DNA from: Betaproteobacteria bacterium
GTDB lineage: Bacteria > Pseudomonadota > Gammaproteobacteria > Burkholderiales > Rhodocyclaceae
Length of the DNA: 64,000 nucleotides
Assembly: GCA_016194935.1 (NCBI GenBank)
Contig: JACQAO010000002.1
Coordinates: forward strand, 852 to 64,851
Reading direction: 5' to 3'
A program made the position numbers and the translations under genes. Below the pieces are notes generated by a model. It did not search any database and was not told the DNA's origin. It was given only the letters and a program-made list of their open reading frames with translations. The stretch's first letter is position 1. The number at the start of each line of letters is the position of its first letter. Below, in pieces: positions 9,868 through 20,109 of the stretch.

Positions 9868-11406
9868 ATGGCAACGTCACCAGCAGGAAATTACACAGCA
9901 AATCAGATCACGGTTCTGGTGGTTGATGACACCACCGCCAACCGCCAGGTTCTTCAGATGTTCCTGAAGAAGCTCGGGTTTATCGTGGCGCTGGCCGAGG
10001 ACGGTGCGCAGGCGGTGGAGCAATTTTCCATTGTGCAGCCCGACATGATCCTGATGGATGTGATGATGCCGGTGATGGACGGCTATGAGGCCACCCGCCG
10101 CATCAAGGCCATGTGCGGAGAGCGCTGGGTGCCGGTGGTGTTTCTTTCCGCGCTCGACAAGGATGACAACCTGGTTGCCGGACTCGATGCGGGCGGCGAT
10201 GATTACCTCGCCAAACCGGTGAGTTTTGTGGTGCTTGACGCCAAACTGCGCTCGTTGATGCGCACCATGAACATGCAGCGTGCGCTGGCCGAAACCCGGC
10301 GGCGCGCCCAGGCGATTTCCGACAACATCATCGACGGCGTCATCACTCTCGACCAGGACGGCAAGGTGCAGACGGCCAATCCGTCGGCACTGGATATTTT
10401 CGGTTACGCCGGCGAAGAACTGATCGGATGCAACGCCGCGATGCTGCTCGCGGAAGCTGACCGAAACGCCGGTAACGGCATGTTCGGCGCCGGTCAGCGC
10501 GAGGTCCTGGGCGTGCGCAAGAACGGCGCAGTGTTCCCGATGGAGCTGGGCGTCACCGAACTGCATCTCGACGATGACACCACCCTGGTGGCAATCGTGC
10601 GCGATATCAGCGAACGCAAGACAGCGGAGCTGCAACTTCGGGAAAATGCCGAGCGCCTGCAGCGCTACCACGATGCTCAAGTGGAGGAGAACGCCCTGGC
10701 GCAGGAAATCATGTTCCGCCTGATGCGCCGGGAAGGCCTGAATGAGTCCAACCTGAGTCACTGGCTGTCTCCGGCGGCCAACTTCAGCGGCGACATTGTC
10801 GCCGCCAAGCGCTCGGTGCAGGGCCGGCAGTATGCGTTGCTGGCCGATGCCTCGGGCCACGGCCTGGGCGCCGCCATCAGCGCACTGCCGGTGCTGATGA
10901 TATTCATCCGCATGGCTGAACGGAATTTGAAGTTGTCTACCATGGTGAGTGAATTCAACAAACACTTGCGCAACACCCTGCCGATGGGACGCTTCGTCGC
11001 CCTGGCCGCAGTTTGCATCGATGATGCAACGGGAAAAGTCGAAGTCTGGAACGGCGGCATGCCGGATGTGCTGCTGCTGGGGCCGGATGGCCGGGTGATG
11101 CAGCGCTTTATCTCATCCCAGGTATCGCTGGGCATCCTGGATTTCAGCGACCCGGCAATGATCGCCACGGAATCCGCTCAATGCCCGCCAGGTTGCCAGA
11201 TGGTCCTGTACTCGGACGGCCTGCTGGATGCAGAGAACCAGGCCGGCGTGCCTTTCGGCCTGGAGCGCATGACCGACGCGCTGGCCAGCACTACCCCGGC
11301 CAAGCGCCTGGATGCAATCAAGCAGGCGTTGGCCGAACATGTTGGCGCGGTACAACCGTACGACGATATTTCGGTGATGCTGATCGAGCGCAATACCGCT
11401 GGATAA
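9868..11406 (+). CDS. response regulator receiver - PAS - PP2C (SpoIIE/RsbU-type) serine phosphatase
   Basis: REC (VLVVDD, DMILMDVMMPVMDG, AKP), PAS (ITLDQDGKV...RKNGAVFPMEL), PP2C motifs (SGDIV, LLADASGHGLGAA, VLYSDGLLD). Confidence 0.85.
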   Translation: MATSPAGNYTANQITVLVVDDTTANRQVLQMFLKKLGFIVALAEDGAQAVEQFSIVQPDMILMDVMMPVMDGYEATRRIKAMCGERWVPVVFLSALDKDDNLVAGLDAGGDDYLAKPVSFVVLDAKLRSLMRTMNMQRALAETRRRAQAISDNIIDGVITLDQDGKVQTANPSALDIFGYAGEELIGCNAAMLLAEADRNAGNGMFGAGQREVLGVRKNGAVFPMELGVTELHLDDDTTLVAIVRDISERKTAELQLRENAERLQRYHDAQVEENALAQEIMFRLMRREGLNESNLSHWLSPAANFSGDIVAAKRSVQGRQYALLADASGHGLGAAISALPVLMIFIRMAERNLKLSTMVSEFNKHLRNTLPMGRFVALAAVCIDDATGKVEVWNGGMPDVLLLGPDGRVMQRFISSQVSLGILDFSDPAMIATESAQCPPGCQMVLYSDGLLDAENQAGVPFGLERMTDALASTTPAKRLDAIKQALAEHVGAVQPYDDISVMLIERNTAG

Positions 11407-11471
11407 CACGCAGTGCGGGAGCCCGGCGGGGCGGTCTATAATGCGCCGACCTGATAATTTCGTGAGATACG

Positions 11472-12086
11472 ATGATGACGACGATTACCGACCCAGACCG
11501 TTATTCCCGCGCCATCGCCCTGTTCGATGCGGCCAATGCCGAAGATCCCAATATGGAGGCGGCGAACGATAAATTGCGGCCCAAGGAACTGCTCTATGCT
11601 GAACGCATGAGCGAAATGCTGGCGCGTTTTTTCCCGGATGCTTCCGAAGCGGTGAAGCTGGCGGTGCGCGCTCAGCACATCTGCCGCTGGAAAATACCGC
11701 GCCGGGATTATCCGATGACGCCGCAGGGCTACCAGCAATGGCGCACGACACTGTACAAATTCCATGCCGAGACCGCCGGAAAACTCATGCAGCGGGCCGG
11801 TTATGACGATGAGATGATCGAGCGGGTGCAAAAAATCATCGGCAAACGCGGCCTCAAGGTGAATCCGGAAACCCAGGCGATGGAAGATGTGGTGGATCTC
11901 GTCTTCATCGAGCACTACCTGGCCGGCTTTGCCGCCCAGCACCCGGAATATGACGAAGCCAAGTGGCTGGACATCCTCCGCAAAACCTGGCGGAAAATGT
12001 CCGAGGCCGGCCACGCGTTCGCCCTGTCCGGCAAGATCAAGCTGCCCGAGCATCTGACGCCGCTGATAGTCAAGGCGGTCAGTTGA
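11472..12086 (+). CDS. DUF4202 family protein
   Basis: Matches my memory of DUF4202 proteins (ALFDAANAEDPN..., AVRAQHICRW.IPR..YP, KTW.KMSE.GH). No search was run. Confidence 0.6.
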   Translation: MMTTITDPDRYSRAIALFDAANAEDPNMEAANDKLRPKELLYAERMSEMLARFFPDASEAVKLAVRAQHICRWKIPRRDYPMTPQGYQQWRTTLYKFHAETAGKLMQRAGYDDEMIERVQKIIGKRGLKVNPETQAMEDVVDLVFIEHYLAGFAAQHPEYDEAKWLDILRKTWRKMSEAGHAFALSGKIKLPEHLTPLIVKAVS

Positions 12087-12120
12087 CGCTGGTAAGCCGG
12101 CGTAAAAACGGAGGGGAAGA

Positions 12121-13008
12121 ATGCAAATAGGATTTATCGGCCTGGGCCTGATGGGGCGGCCTATGGCCTTGCACCTGGCGCGCGCTGGCCATACGCTGCA
12201 CTTGTGGGCGCGGCGGACGGCCTCCCTGGCGCCGTTCAAGGAGGTCGATGCTCATGTGCATCCGAACCCCGCCGAGGTGGCGCAGCACGCAGAAGTCGTT
12301 TTTCTCATGGTGGCCGACGCGCCCGATGTGATGCAGGTGGCGCTGGGCGAGGGCGGCCTTGCCGAAGGCGTTGCGGTTGCAGGAAAAAGCGGGCTGGTCA
12401 TCGTCGACATGAGCACCATCGCCCCGACTGCGGCGCGCGACATCGGCGCCAGGCTTGCTGCGCAGGGCATCGAGTTTCTCGACGCGCCGGTTTCCGGCGG
12501 CGAAACCGGCGCCATTGGAGCCAGCTTGACCATCATGGCCGGCGGCAAGGCGGAAATCTTCGCGCAGGTCAAACCGCTGTTCGAAAAAATGGGCAAGTCG
12601 GTTACGCTGATCGGCGAGTGTGGCGCGGGCCAGGTGGCGAAGGCTTGCAACCAGATACTCACCGGCGTCGGCACCGTCGCGGTGGCCGAGGCATTCAATT
12701 TCGCCCGCAACAGCGGCGTCGATCCGGCGCGCGTGCGCGAAGCGTTGCTGGGCGGTTTCGCCTACAGCAAGATTCTCGAAAACCACGGCCAGCGCATGCT
12801 TGATCGAAATTTCAAGCCCGGCTTCAAGGCCTGGATGCACCAGAAGGATTTGCGCATCGTCATGGAGGAAGCGCACAAACTTGGCTTGATACTGCCCAGC
12901 GCGGCGGCGACGGCGCAAATGTTCAACGCCATGGTCGGCAGCGGCCTGGGTGAGGAAGATTCGATTGCCATGCTGAAACTTCTGGAACGCATGAGTAGCC
13001 GGCAATGA
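12121..13008 (+). CDS. NAD(P)-dependent 3-hydroxyisobutyrate / 2-hydroxy-3-oxopropionate reductase family oxidoreductase
   Basis: N-terminal IGFIGLGLMGRPMA dinucleotide fold, DAPVSGG and KACNQ motifs typical of the family. Confidence 0.85.
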   Translation: MQIGFIGLGLMGRPMALHLARAGHTLHLWARRTASLAPFKEVDAHVHPNPAEVAQHAEVVFLMVADAPDVMQVALGEGGLAEGVAVAGKSGLVIVDMSTIAPTAARDIGARLAAQGIEFLDAPVSGGETGAIGASLTIMAGGKAEIFAQVKPLFEKMGKSVTLIGECGAGQVAKACNQILTGVGTVAVAEAFNFARNSGVDPARVREALLGGFAYSKILENHGQRMLDRNFKPGFKAWMHQKDLRIVMEEAHKLGLILPSAAATAQMFNAMVGSGLGEEDSIAMLKLLERMSSRQ

Positions 13009-13997
13009 GATTCGACTGCATCGGCCTGGGCGCGATGGGTTCGCCGATGACGCAACATCTGTTGCTCGCCGGCATGGCTGCTCTTATGCTACAGACAGGA
13101 TACGCCGCCGAGCAGGCAACCGTGGATATGCAGGTGCAAAAGATCAGCGCGCATGCGTATTTCGTGCAGGGTCAAGCGGGCGCCGCTTCCGCCGGGAACC
13201 AGGGCTTCATGTCGAACGCCGGTTTTGTCGTCACTCCGGACGGCGTAGTGGTGTTCGACGCTCTCGGCACGCCGCCGCTGGCGGAAAAACTGATCGGGGA
13301 AATTCGCAAAATCACCGCGCAGCCGATCCGGCGCGTCATCGTCAGCCATTGGCATGCCGATCATTACTACGGCCTGCAAGCCTTCAAGGCGCTCGGGGCG
13401 GAGGTGTGGGCGCATGCCTCCGGACGCGCCGCCCTGGCGTCGGACGCCGCCGCAGCGCGTCTGCAACAGCGCAAGGAAACGCTGGCGCCCTGGGTCGATG
13501 CAGGATTTCGCGCCGTGCCGGCAGATGTCTGGCTGACTGAGGATAGCGATTTCAAATTTGGAGGCCTGACCTTCCAGTTGCGTTATGTCGGCCCGGCGCA
13601 CTCGCCGGAGGATATGGTGATGTACCTCAAGGAAGACGGCGTACTGTTTGCCGGCGACCTGGTATTCAGGGGGCGCGTGCCATTTGTCGGCGATGCCGAT
13701 TCACTGGCGTGGCTGGGGGCGCTCGACAAGTTGCTGGCGCTGCGGCCTCGTGTCATGGCGCCGGGACATGGCGCTGTTTCCACCGACCCCGGCGCCGATC
13801 TGGCGCTGACCCGCGATTACTTGCGTTATCTGCGCAGCAGCATGGGCCGCGCCGTCGCGGATTTGACGCCTTTCGACGAAGCCTATGCCGCCACCGATTG
13901 GCGTCCCTGGGAAAAACTACCGGCTTTTTCCGTCGCCAACCGCGCCAATGCCTACAACACTTATTTGTTGATGGAACAAGAAGCCTTGCGCAAATGA
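13005..13997 (+). CDS. secreted MBL-fold metallo-hydrolase
   Basis: HWHADH zinc motif plus a downstream H/D ligand pattern. Signal-peptide-like N-terminus ([19 protein letters not shown]). The ATGA start overlaps the upstream stop. Confidence 0.8.
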   Translation: MRFDCIGLGAMGSPMTQHLLLAGMAALMLQTGYAAEQATVDMQVQKISAHAYFVQGQAGAASAGNQGFMSNAGFVVTPDGVVVFDALGTPPLAEKLIGEIRKITAQPIRRVIVSHWHADHYYGLQAFKALGAEVWAHASGRAALASDAAAARLQQRKETLAPWVDAGFRAVPADVWLTEDSDFKFGGLTFQLRYVGPAHSPEDMVMYLKEDGVLFAGDLVFRGRVPFVGDADSLAWLGALDKLLALRPRVMAPGHGAVSTDPGADLALTRDYLRYLRSSMGRAVADLTPFDEAYAATDWRPWEKLPAFSVANRANAYNTYLLMEQEALRK

Positions 13998-16573
13998 TCT
14001 CCCGCATCGATCAACTGACCAAGGACGAGCTGCGCATAATACTGCTGGAACAACAGGCGATCCTCGACAACGCCAGTGTGGGGATTTTGTTTTCCCGCAA
14101 CCGCGTGATGGTTTCCTGCAACGCCCTGGGCGCCAGGATGCTCGGCTATACGCCAGAAGAAATGATCGGCCTGCCGGGCGCGGCGTTGTACCCGTCGATG
14201 GAGGCTTATGCGGAATTCGGCCGCAATGCCGGGCCGACGCTGGCGGCTGGCGAGGCGCTGCATGCCGAGCTGCAATATTGCCGCAAGGACGGCTCGCTAT
14301 TCTGGGCGCGCGTCTCGGCCAGGGCAGTCGATCCTCAGAACACGCAGGACGGCACCATCTGGATATTCGAGAATATCGACGATGAGCGGACCATGCGCGC
14401 CGCGCTGGAACAGTCCATCCGCGAGCTGGGAGCGATTTTTGAGACGGCGATGATCGGTATCGCGGTGGTGCGCGAGCGGATTATGGCGCGCTGCAACCGC
14501 CGCATGGAAGAACTGTTCGGCTATGAGCCGGGTGAGATGACCGGCAAGTCCACCCGCGTGTGGTATCTGTCCGATGAGGATTATGAAGGCATCGGCGGCA
14601 GCGCCTATCCGGACTTGCTGCGTGACAACGTGCATCAGCGCGAGCAGGAGTTCCGGCGCAAGGACGGTTCGGTTTTCTGGGGTAGGTTGTTTATCAGGGC
14701 GTTCAACCAGAGCGAGCCGATGGCGGGCAGCGTCGTCATGATCGAGGATATCACCGACAGAAAACTCGGCGAAGAGAAGGTGCGCAAGGCGTTCGAGGAA
14801 CAGGAGCTGATCTTCAACAACGCCGCAGTGGGCATGATGTTCGTGCGCAATCGCATCGTGCGCCGCTGCAACCGCAAGTTCGAGGAAATCTTCGGCTACG
14901 CCGAGGGCGAGCTGGTTGGCAACTCGACGCTGGTGCTCTATCCCACCGTGCGCGATTACGACGACGATGGCGCGCGTGACTACGAGATGCTCAAGCGCGG
15001 CGAAACCGTGATCGACGAACGGCGCGTGCGGCGTAAGGACGGCAGCCTGTTCTGGGTACGCACCACCTGCCGCAAAACCGACGTGTCCGGCCTGGGCCTG
15101 GATGTGATCTGGATTTTCGAGGATGTCACCGAGCGCCACCAGGCCGAAGATGCGCTGGTGCGGGCGCACGACGAGCTGGAGCAGCGGGTGATCGAACGCA
15201 CCACCGAACTGAAAACCACCAATGAGCAATTGCAGGATGAAATATTCGAACGGATGCAGGCCGAACAACGCATCTGGCATATGGCGCACCATGACGCCTT
15301 GACCGGCTTGCCGAACCGCAGCCTGCTGCACGACCGCCTCGACCAGGCGCTGACCCAGGCCGGGCGGTCGCACCACCGTCTGGCTGTGATGTTCCTGGAC
15401 CTGGATCGTTTCAAAAGCGTCAACGACACCCTCGGCCATCCCATCGGCGATCAGTTGCTGAAACATGTTGCCGAGCGCCTGCGCGAAGTGGTGCGCGCCG
15501 TCGATACCGTGTCGCGCCTGGGTGGTGACGAATTTGTAGTGGTGTTGCACGAAATCCAGAATCCCGATGACGCCATCATGGTGGCGGAGAAAATTATCGC
15601 CGCGCTGGCGGTGGCGGTGGTCGTCGAGGGGCATACCTTGCACGCTACGCCGTCCATCGGCATCAGCATCTATCCCGATGATGGCGACGAGGCGTATGCC
15701 TTGATGAAGAACGCCGACACCGCGATGTATCACGCCAAAGCCAATGGCCGCAATACTTTCCAGTTATTCGCGGCGAACATGAACGACGAGGCGCAGCAGA
15801 TCTTCGGCATCGAGCAAAGACTGCGCTATGCGCTGGAGCAGAAGCAGTTTCTGTTGCATTTCCAGCCGCTCATTGATCACCGGCTGCAAGCAGTCTGCGG
15901 CATGGAAGTGCTGGTGCGCTGGCAGGACCCTGAGCATGGCCTGATATTGCCCGGCGCTTTCATCCCGGTAGCGGAAGAAACCGGATTGATTCTGCCGCTC
16001 GGCGAATGGGTGCTGCGCGAGGCCTGCCGCCAGAACGGCGTGTGGCAGTCGCAGGGTTATCCGGCACTGCCGGTATCGGTCAATCTGTCGCCGCGCCAGT
16101 TTCGCCAGAAGGGCCTGGTCGACACCATCCGCGGCATTCTGGAAGAGGCCGGGCAAGCGCCGGAACTGCTGGAACTGGAAATCACCGAATCAACGCTGAT
16201 GCACGATGCCGATGAAACCCTGGAAAAATTGCGCCAGCTCGCCGAGATGGGCGTCAAGCTGGCGATTGATGATTTCGGCACCGGCTATTCCAGCCTCGCC
16301 TACCTCAAACGCTTCCCGGTGCACAAGCTGAAAATCGACCAGGGGTTCATCCGCGACCTGGGACACGACCGCGACGATGCAGTGATCGTGTCCACCATTA
16401 TTGTTCTGGCGCATTCCCTGGGTCTCAATGTGCTGGCCGAAGGCGTGGAAACCGGGGAGCAACTCGACCGGCTGATCGACTACGGTTGCCACCTGTTTCA
16501 GGGTTATTACTTCTCGCGTCCGCTGCCGTCCGGCGAAGTGGCGCGGATATTCAAGCCGGACAGCCTGTCCTGA
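13994..16573 (+). CDS. PAS-PAS-PAS-GGDEF-EAL c-di-GMP signalling protein
   Basis: Start moved from track 13709 to ATG 13994 (ATGA overlap with the MBL stop) because 13709-13993 lies inside the MBL gene. Three PAS-like repeats (RKDGS.FW... x3), GGDEF (RLGGDEFVV), EAL domain ([15 protein letters not shown]). Confidence 0.85.
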   Translation: MISRIDQLTKDELRIILLEQQAILDNASVGILFSRNRVMVSCNALGARMLGYTPEEMIGLPGAALYPSMEAYAEFGRNAGPTLAAGEALHAELQYCRKDGSLFWARVSARAVDPQNTQDGTIWIFENIDDERTMRAALEQSIRELGAIFETAMIGIAVVRERIMARCNRRMEELFGYEPGEMTGKSTRVWYLSDEDYEGIGGSAYPDLLRDNVHQREQEFRRKDGSVFWGRLFIRAFNQSEPMAGSVVMIEDITDRKLGEEKVRKAFEEQELIFNNAAVGMMFVRNRIVRRCNRKFEEIFGYAEGELVGNSTLVLYPTVRDYDDDGARDYEMLKRGETVIDERRVRRKDGSLFWVRTTCRKTDVSGLGLDVIWIFEDVTERHQAEDALVRAHDELEQRVIERTTELKTTNEQLQDEIFERMQAEQRIWHMAHHDALTGLPNRSLLHDRLDQALTQAGRSHHRLAVMFLDLDRFKSVNDTLGHPIGDQLLKHVAERLREVVRAVDTVSRLGGDEFVVVLHEIQNPDDAIMVAEKIIAALAVAVVVEGHTLHATPSIGISIYPDDGDEAYALMKNADTAMYHAKANGRNTFQLFAANMNDEAQQIFGIEQRLRYALEQKQFLLHFQPLIDHRLQAVCGMEVLVRWQDPEHGLILPGAFIPVAEETGLILPLGEWVLREACRQNGVWQSQGYPALPVSVNLSPRQFRQKGLVDTIRGILEEAGQAPELLELEITESTLMHDADETLEKLRQLAEMGVKLAIDDFGTGYSSLAYLKRFPVHKLKIDQGFIRDLGHDRDDAVIVSTIIVLAHSLGLNVLAEGVETGEQLDRLIDYGCHLFQGYYFSRPLPSGEVARIFKPDSLS

Positions 16574-16581
16574 AAGTATGG

Positions 16582-17832
16582 CTAATCGTCGCCTTCCAGG
16601 CTGATGTCGGGAATATGCTGAAAAGCAATCCGCATCGGCGCCGCGCCGGCGTCGATGGCCCGATGGGCGCCGCCGAAATAGAGCGTGTTCTTGCCGTAGC
16701 GCAGATTCACCGCATCGATTACCGCATTCAACTGGTCGTGCGCCGTCTGTGGAGAGTTATCCCACAGGCTGCCTGATTGATGCGTCCGTACTTGCAGATC
16801 AGTCAGCGTCACCGAAACGGCAAGCGGCGCGGTACGTGTGACGGGGCGCGCCGCCCACATGCGCTTGAGCGCTTCCAGCAGTTGCAGCGTGTCGCTGGTG
16901 GGGTCGAAACGCATGCGTTGTTGCCAGTGCCGTCCGTCGACGAATTTCACGCCTGCCGATAAACTCCCGGCGACCAGCGCTTCACTGCGCAAACGCATTG
17001 CGGCCTTCTGCAACAGACGGTGCAGCACCGACCAGGCGCTTTGCGGGTTGCGCAGTTCGGGCGGCAGCACATGCGAATGCCCCAGTGAAGCCCGGTCTTT
17101 ATCCACAGCGGCGGGGCTGGCCTCGCCACGCAGCCTGGCATACATCCGTTCGCCTTCGATGCTGCCCCAGGCATGACGCAGTTGCCGGGCATTGGCCTGG
17201 CACAGCGCGCGCATGCTGCGTATGCCGTGGCGCTGGAGGCGGGCCTCCATGGCCTTGCCGATGCCGGTGAGGGCGCGCAACTCCAGTGGATAAAGTATGT
17301 CCGGCAGATCGGCGGCCTCGATCACCGTGCAGCCGTCGGGCTTGAGCATATTGGAGGCGGTCTTGGCGAGGAAGGTGTTGGGTGCGATGCCGATGGAACA
17401 ACGCAGGTGTTCGCCGACTTTTTCCGCGATGCTGCGCTTGATCGCCGCCGCCAGCGCCAGTGCTTTATCGCGCCGCTGTTCGCTGCCGCTCAGCGAGCAG
17501 GTCATCTCGTCAATCGACAATACTTTCTCGACATGAGTGCAGTCTTCCACCGCCGCCACCAACTGGTGATGCATCTCGACATACAACGCCGGGCGCGCCT
17601 CGACCAGGACAATGCCGGGGCAACGTTTGCGCGCCTCATACACCGGCGTGCCGGTCTTGACGCCGAAAGCCTTGGCCTGGTAACTGGCGGCGATGCAGCA
17701 AGTGGTCTCGGCCAGCACCGGCAGCACGCCGATGGCCTTCCCGCGCAGCTCCGGGCGCAACTGCTGCTCGACCGAGGCGAAGTAAGAGTTGAAATCGACG
17801 TAAAGATTACGCAGTGGATGGAGTTGGTTCAT
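16582..17832 (-). CDS. Y-family DNA polymerase (DinB/ImpB-like)
   Basis: Palm motifs YVDFNSYFASVE and SIDEM, GIAPNTFLAK, HhH-like LTGIGKAMEARL. Confidence 0.8.
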   Translation of the reverse strand: MNQLHPLRNLYVDFNSYFASVEQQLRPELRGKAIGVLPVLAETTCCIAASYQAKAFGVKTGTPVYEARKRCPGIVLVEARPALYVEMHHQLVAAVEDCTHVEKVLSIDEMTCSLSGSEQRRDKALALAAAIKRSIAEKVGEHLRCSIGIAPNTFLAKTASNMLKPDGCTVIEAADLPDILYPLELRALTGIGKAMEARLQRHGIRSMRALCQANARQLRHAWGSIEGERMYARLRGEASPAAVDKDRASLGHSHVLPPELRNPQSAWSVLHRLLQKAAMRLRSEALVAGSLSAGVKFVDGRHWQQRMRFDPTSDTLQLLEALKRMWAARPVTRTAPLAVSVTLTDLQVRTHQSGSLWDNSPQTAHDQLNAVIDAVNLRYGKNTLYFGGAHRAIDAGAAPMRIAFQHIPDISLEGDD

Positions 17833-17908
17833 GGTGTGTGGTGCGTGGTGAATTGGAACTGCTGGGTATAATCCTGCATTTAGCTTAACGTAAATGGAGG
17901 ATCACCAC

Positions 17909-18253
17909 ATGAGCCAGGTCACCACCGGCAGCGGCCTTATCATTGAAGACATTACCCTCGGCGGCGGCGACGAAGCATGCGCCGGACAGACCGTTACTGT
18001 GCATTACACCGGCTGGCTGACCAATGGAGACAAGTTCGACTCCAGCAAGGACCGCAATGAACCTTTCGAGTTTCCATTAGGTGGCCGCAGTGTCATTGCC
18101 GGCTGGGATGAGGGCGTGCAAGGCATGAAAATCGGCGGTGTCCGCAAACTGACGATCCCGCCGCAACTCGCCTACGGGGCGCGCGGCGCGGGCGGGGTGA
18201 TTCCGCCCAACGCCACGCTGGTGTTCGAGGTTGAATTGCTGGGATGCAATTGA
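17909..18253 (+). CDS. FKBP-type peptidyl-prolyl cis-trans isomerase
   Basis: VHYTGWL.NG.KFDSS..R..PF.F.LG...VI.GWDEG..GM..GG.R.L.IP..L.YG motif set. GGAGGA RBS 7 nt before ATG 17909. Confidence 0.9.
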   Translation: MSQVTTGSGLIIEDITLGGGDEACAGQTVTVHYTGWLTNGDKFDSSKDRNEPFEFPLGGRSVIAGWDEGVQGMKIGGVRKLTIPPQLAYGARGAGGVIPPNATLVFEVELLGCN

Positions 18254-19410
18254 CGGTGACTCCTGCGCTATCTTCGAAACTGCCGCAGGTCGGCACGACT
18301 ATTTTCACCGTCATGTCGAAACTTGCCGCAGAGTGCGGCGCAATCAACTTGTCGCAGGGCTATCCGGATTTCTCCGCGCCGCAGCGCTTACTCGATCTGG
18401 TCGCACAACACATGGCCGCCGGACACAACCAGTATCCGCCGATGGCCGGTGCGCTCAGTCTGCGCGAGGCCATCGCCGAAAAAGTGGAGAGTCTTTACGC
18501 GGCGCGTTACGCTGTCGAGCATGAGATCACCGTGACCGCCGGCGCCACCCAGGCGATTTTCACGGCGATCAGCGCCTGCGTGCGGCCTGGCGACGAGGTG
18601 CTGGTATTTGCGCCGGTGTACGATTCCTACGTGCCGGGCATCGAATTGAACGGCGGCAAGGCGGTGTACGCCACGCTGCGTTACCCCGATTTCCGTCCGG
18701 ATTGGGACGAGGTGCGCAGCTTGATTTCGCCGCGCACCCGCATGATCCTCATCAACTCGCCGCACAATCCCAGCGGCACGGTGTGGGCGGAGAGCGATCT
18801 GGATCAATTGGCGGCACTGACGCGCGGCAGCGACATCCTGATCGTCAGCGATGAAGTGTATGAGCATATGGTTTTCGATGGCGCCCGTCATGTCGGCGTG
18901 GCGGCGCATGCGGAACTGCGCGAACGCAGTTTCGTCGTTTCCAGTTTCGGCAAGACCTACCACATCACCGGCTGGAAAGTCGCCTACTGCCTGGCGCCGA
19001 AGGAACTCATGCAGGAGTTTCGCAAGGCGCACCAGTTCGTGGTGTTCACGGTGAACCACCCGATGCAACTGGCGCTGGCTGATTTCATGCGCGAGCAGCC
19101 GCGCTTCGCCCGCGACCTGTCGGCGTTCTACCAGGACAAGCGGGATTTCTTCCGGCGTCAGTTGGAAGCGTCACGTTTCGAACTATTGCCTTGCGCCGGC
19201 GCCTACTTTCAGTTGGCGCGCTATGCGGCGATTTCAGACGAGCCGGATACGCAATTCGTCCAGCGTCTGACGCGCGAACACGGGGTTGCGGCGATTCCGG
19301 TGTCGGTGTTTTCCCCGCCGGGCGACGATCATCGCGTAGTGCGTTTCTGTTTCGCCAAGAGTGACGAGACGCTTGCCGCCGCAGGCGAGCGGCTGCGGCA
19401 AATAGTTTAG
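18244..19410 (+). CDS. ybdL: class I/II aminotransferase, YbdL-like methionine aminotransferase
   Basis: Colinear with E. coli YbdL as I recall it (SKLPQ.GTTIF, INLSQG.PDF, PLP-lysine context [13 protein letters not shown]-terminal CFAK...L..A.ERLRQ). Confidence 0.8.
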   Translation: MQLTVTPALSSKLPQVGTTIFTVMSKLAAECGAINLSQGYPDFSAPQRLLDLVAQHMAAGHNQYPPMAGALSLREAIAEKVESLYAARYAVEHEITVTAGATQAIFTAISACVRPGDEVLVFAPVYDSYVPGIELNGGKAVYATLRYPDFRPDWDEVRSLISPRTRMILINSPHNPSGTVWAESDLDQLAALTRGSDILIVSDEVYEHMVFDGARHVGVAAHAELRERSFVVSSFGKTYHITGWKVAYCLAPKELMQEFRKAHQFVVFTVNHPMQLALADFMREQPRFARDLSAFYQDKRDFFRRQLEASRFELLPCAGAYFQLARYAAISDEPDTQFVQRLTREHGVAAIPVSVFSPPGDDHRVVRFCFAKSDETLAAAGERLRQIV

Positions 19411-20105
19411 GGCAGAAACAGCGAAAAACGCGCGCCGTTTTTGCCGAGGCCGTCGTTGCCGAGTTCCAGTCGGCCATGCAGGCCGGCAGGCGTGGCGTGA
19501 CGGGCGGCGATCAGGCGGGCGAAGCTGAGGCCCAGGCCGCTGCTGGCCGCGCTCATTTCCGTAGCCGGCCGGTTTTCGTTGCGCAGTATTGCTTCCGGAT
19601 AGCCGTCGCCGTCATCGGCGATGCTGAAGCGGATTCCTCCGCCGGGCGCCGCAGCGAGGGAGAAGCGCACCTGCCGCCGGGCATGGCGCAGAGCGTTGCG
19701 CAAGGCGTCGAGCAGGACGAATTTCACCAGGTAGGCGTCGAAAGCCCAGGCGTTGACTTCGTTCGCCACGGCGAAATCGGTGTCAATGACTATTGCATTT
19801 TCCGGCGTGTCCCCGGTCTGCGTCAAGATGGCGCGAGACTCGTCCAGCTCGGCCATCAGGTCGGCAAGAAAATCTTCCAGATGCTGATCTTCCACCGCCA
19901 GGCGCAGGCTGCCGTCGCCGGCGCGATAGAGTGCGAGCAACTCCACCAGTTGTCCGGAGAGTGTCGATGCAATGGCTTTGGCGCGCGCCAGGGCTGGCGA
20001 CGGCGTCGGGGAGGCGCATTCGCGCTGCGCCTCGTCGAGCCAGACGCCGAGCGTGTTGAGTGCGTTTTTGGCGTCATGGATGGCGGCGGCGACCAATACA
20101 TCCAT
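19407..20105 (-). CDS. soluble histidine-kinase-like protein (no sensor or TM domain)
   Basis: H-box AIHDAKNALNTL, N-box LLDALRNALRHA, G1 ADDGDGYP, G2 SSGLGLSFA. Its 3' end overlaps the ybdL 3' end by 4 nt. Confidence 0.7.
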   Translation of the reverse strand: MDVLVAAAIHDAKNALNTLGVWLDEAQRECASPTPSPALARAKAIASTLSGQLVELLALYRAGDGSLRLAVEDQHLEDFLADLMAELDESRAILTQTGDTPENAIVIDTDFAVANEVNAWAFDAYLVKFVLLDALRNALRHARRQVRFSLAAAPGGGIRFSIADDGDGYPEAILRNENRPATEMSAASSGLGLSFARLIAARHATPAGLHGRLELGNDGLGKNGARFSLFLP

Positions 20106-20109
20106 CGGG

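Noticed and set aside
13709-13993. Upstream extension of the PAS-GGDEF-EAL ORF
   Set aside because: It overlaps the 3' third of the MBL hydrolase gene in another frame and translates to Arg/Pro-rich sequence. ATG 13994, in an ATGA overlap with the MBL stop, is the plausible start.
17833-17893. SOS (LexA) box upstream of the Y-family polymerase gene
   Set aside because: No CTGT-N8-ACAG-type palindrome is present in the 61-nt intergenic region. Only CTGCTGGGTATAATCC is there, which does not fit.
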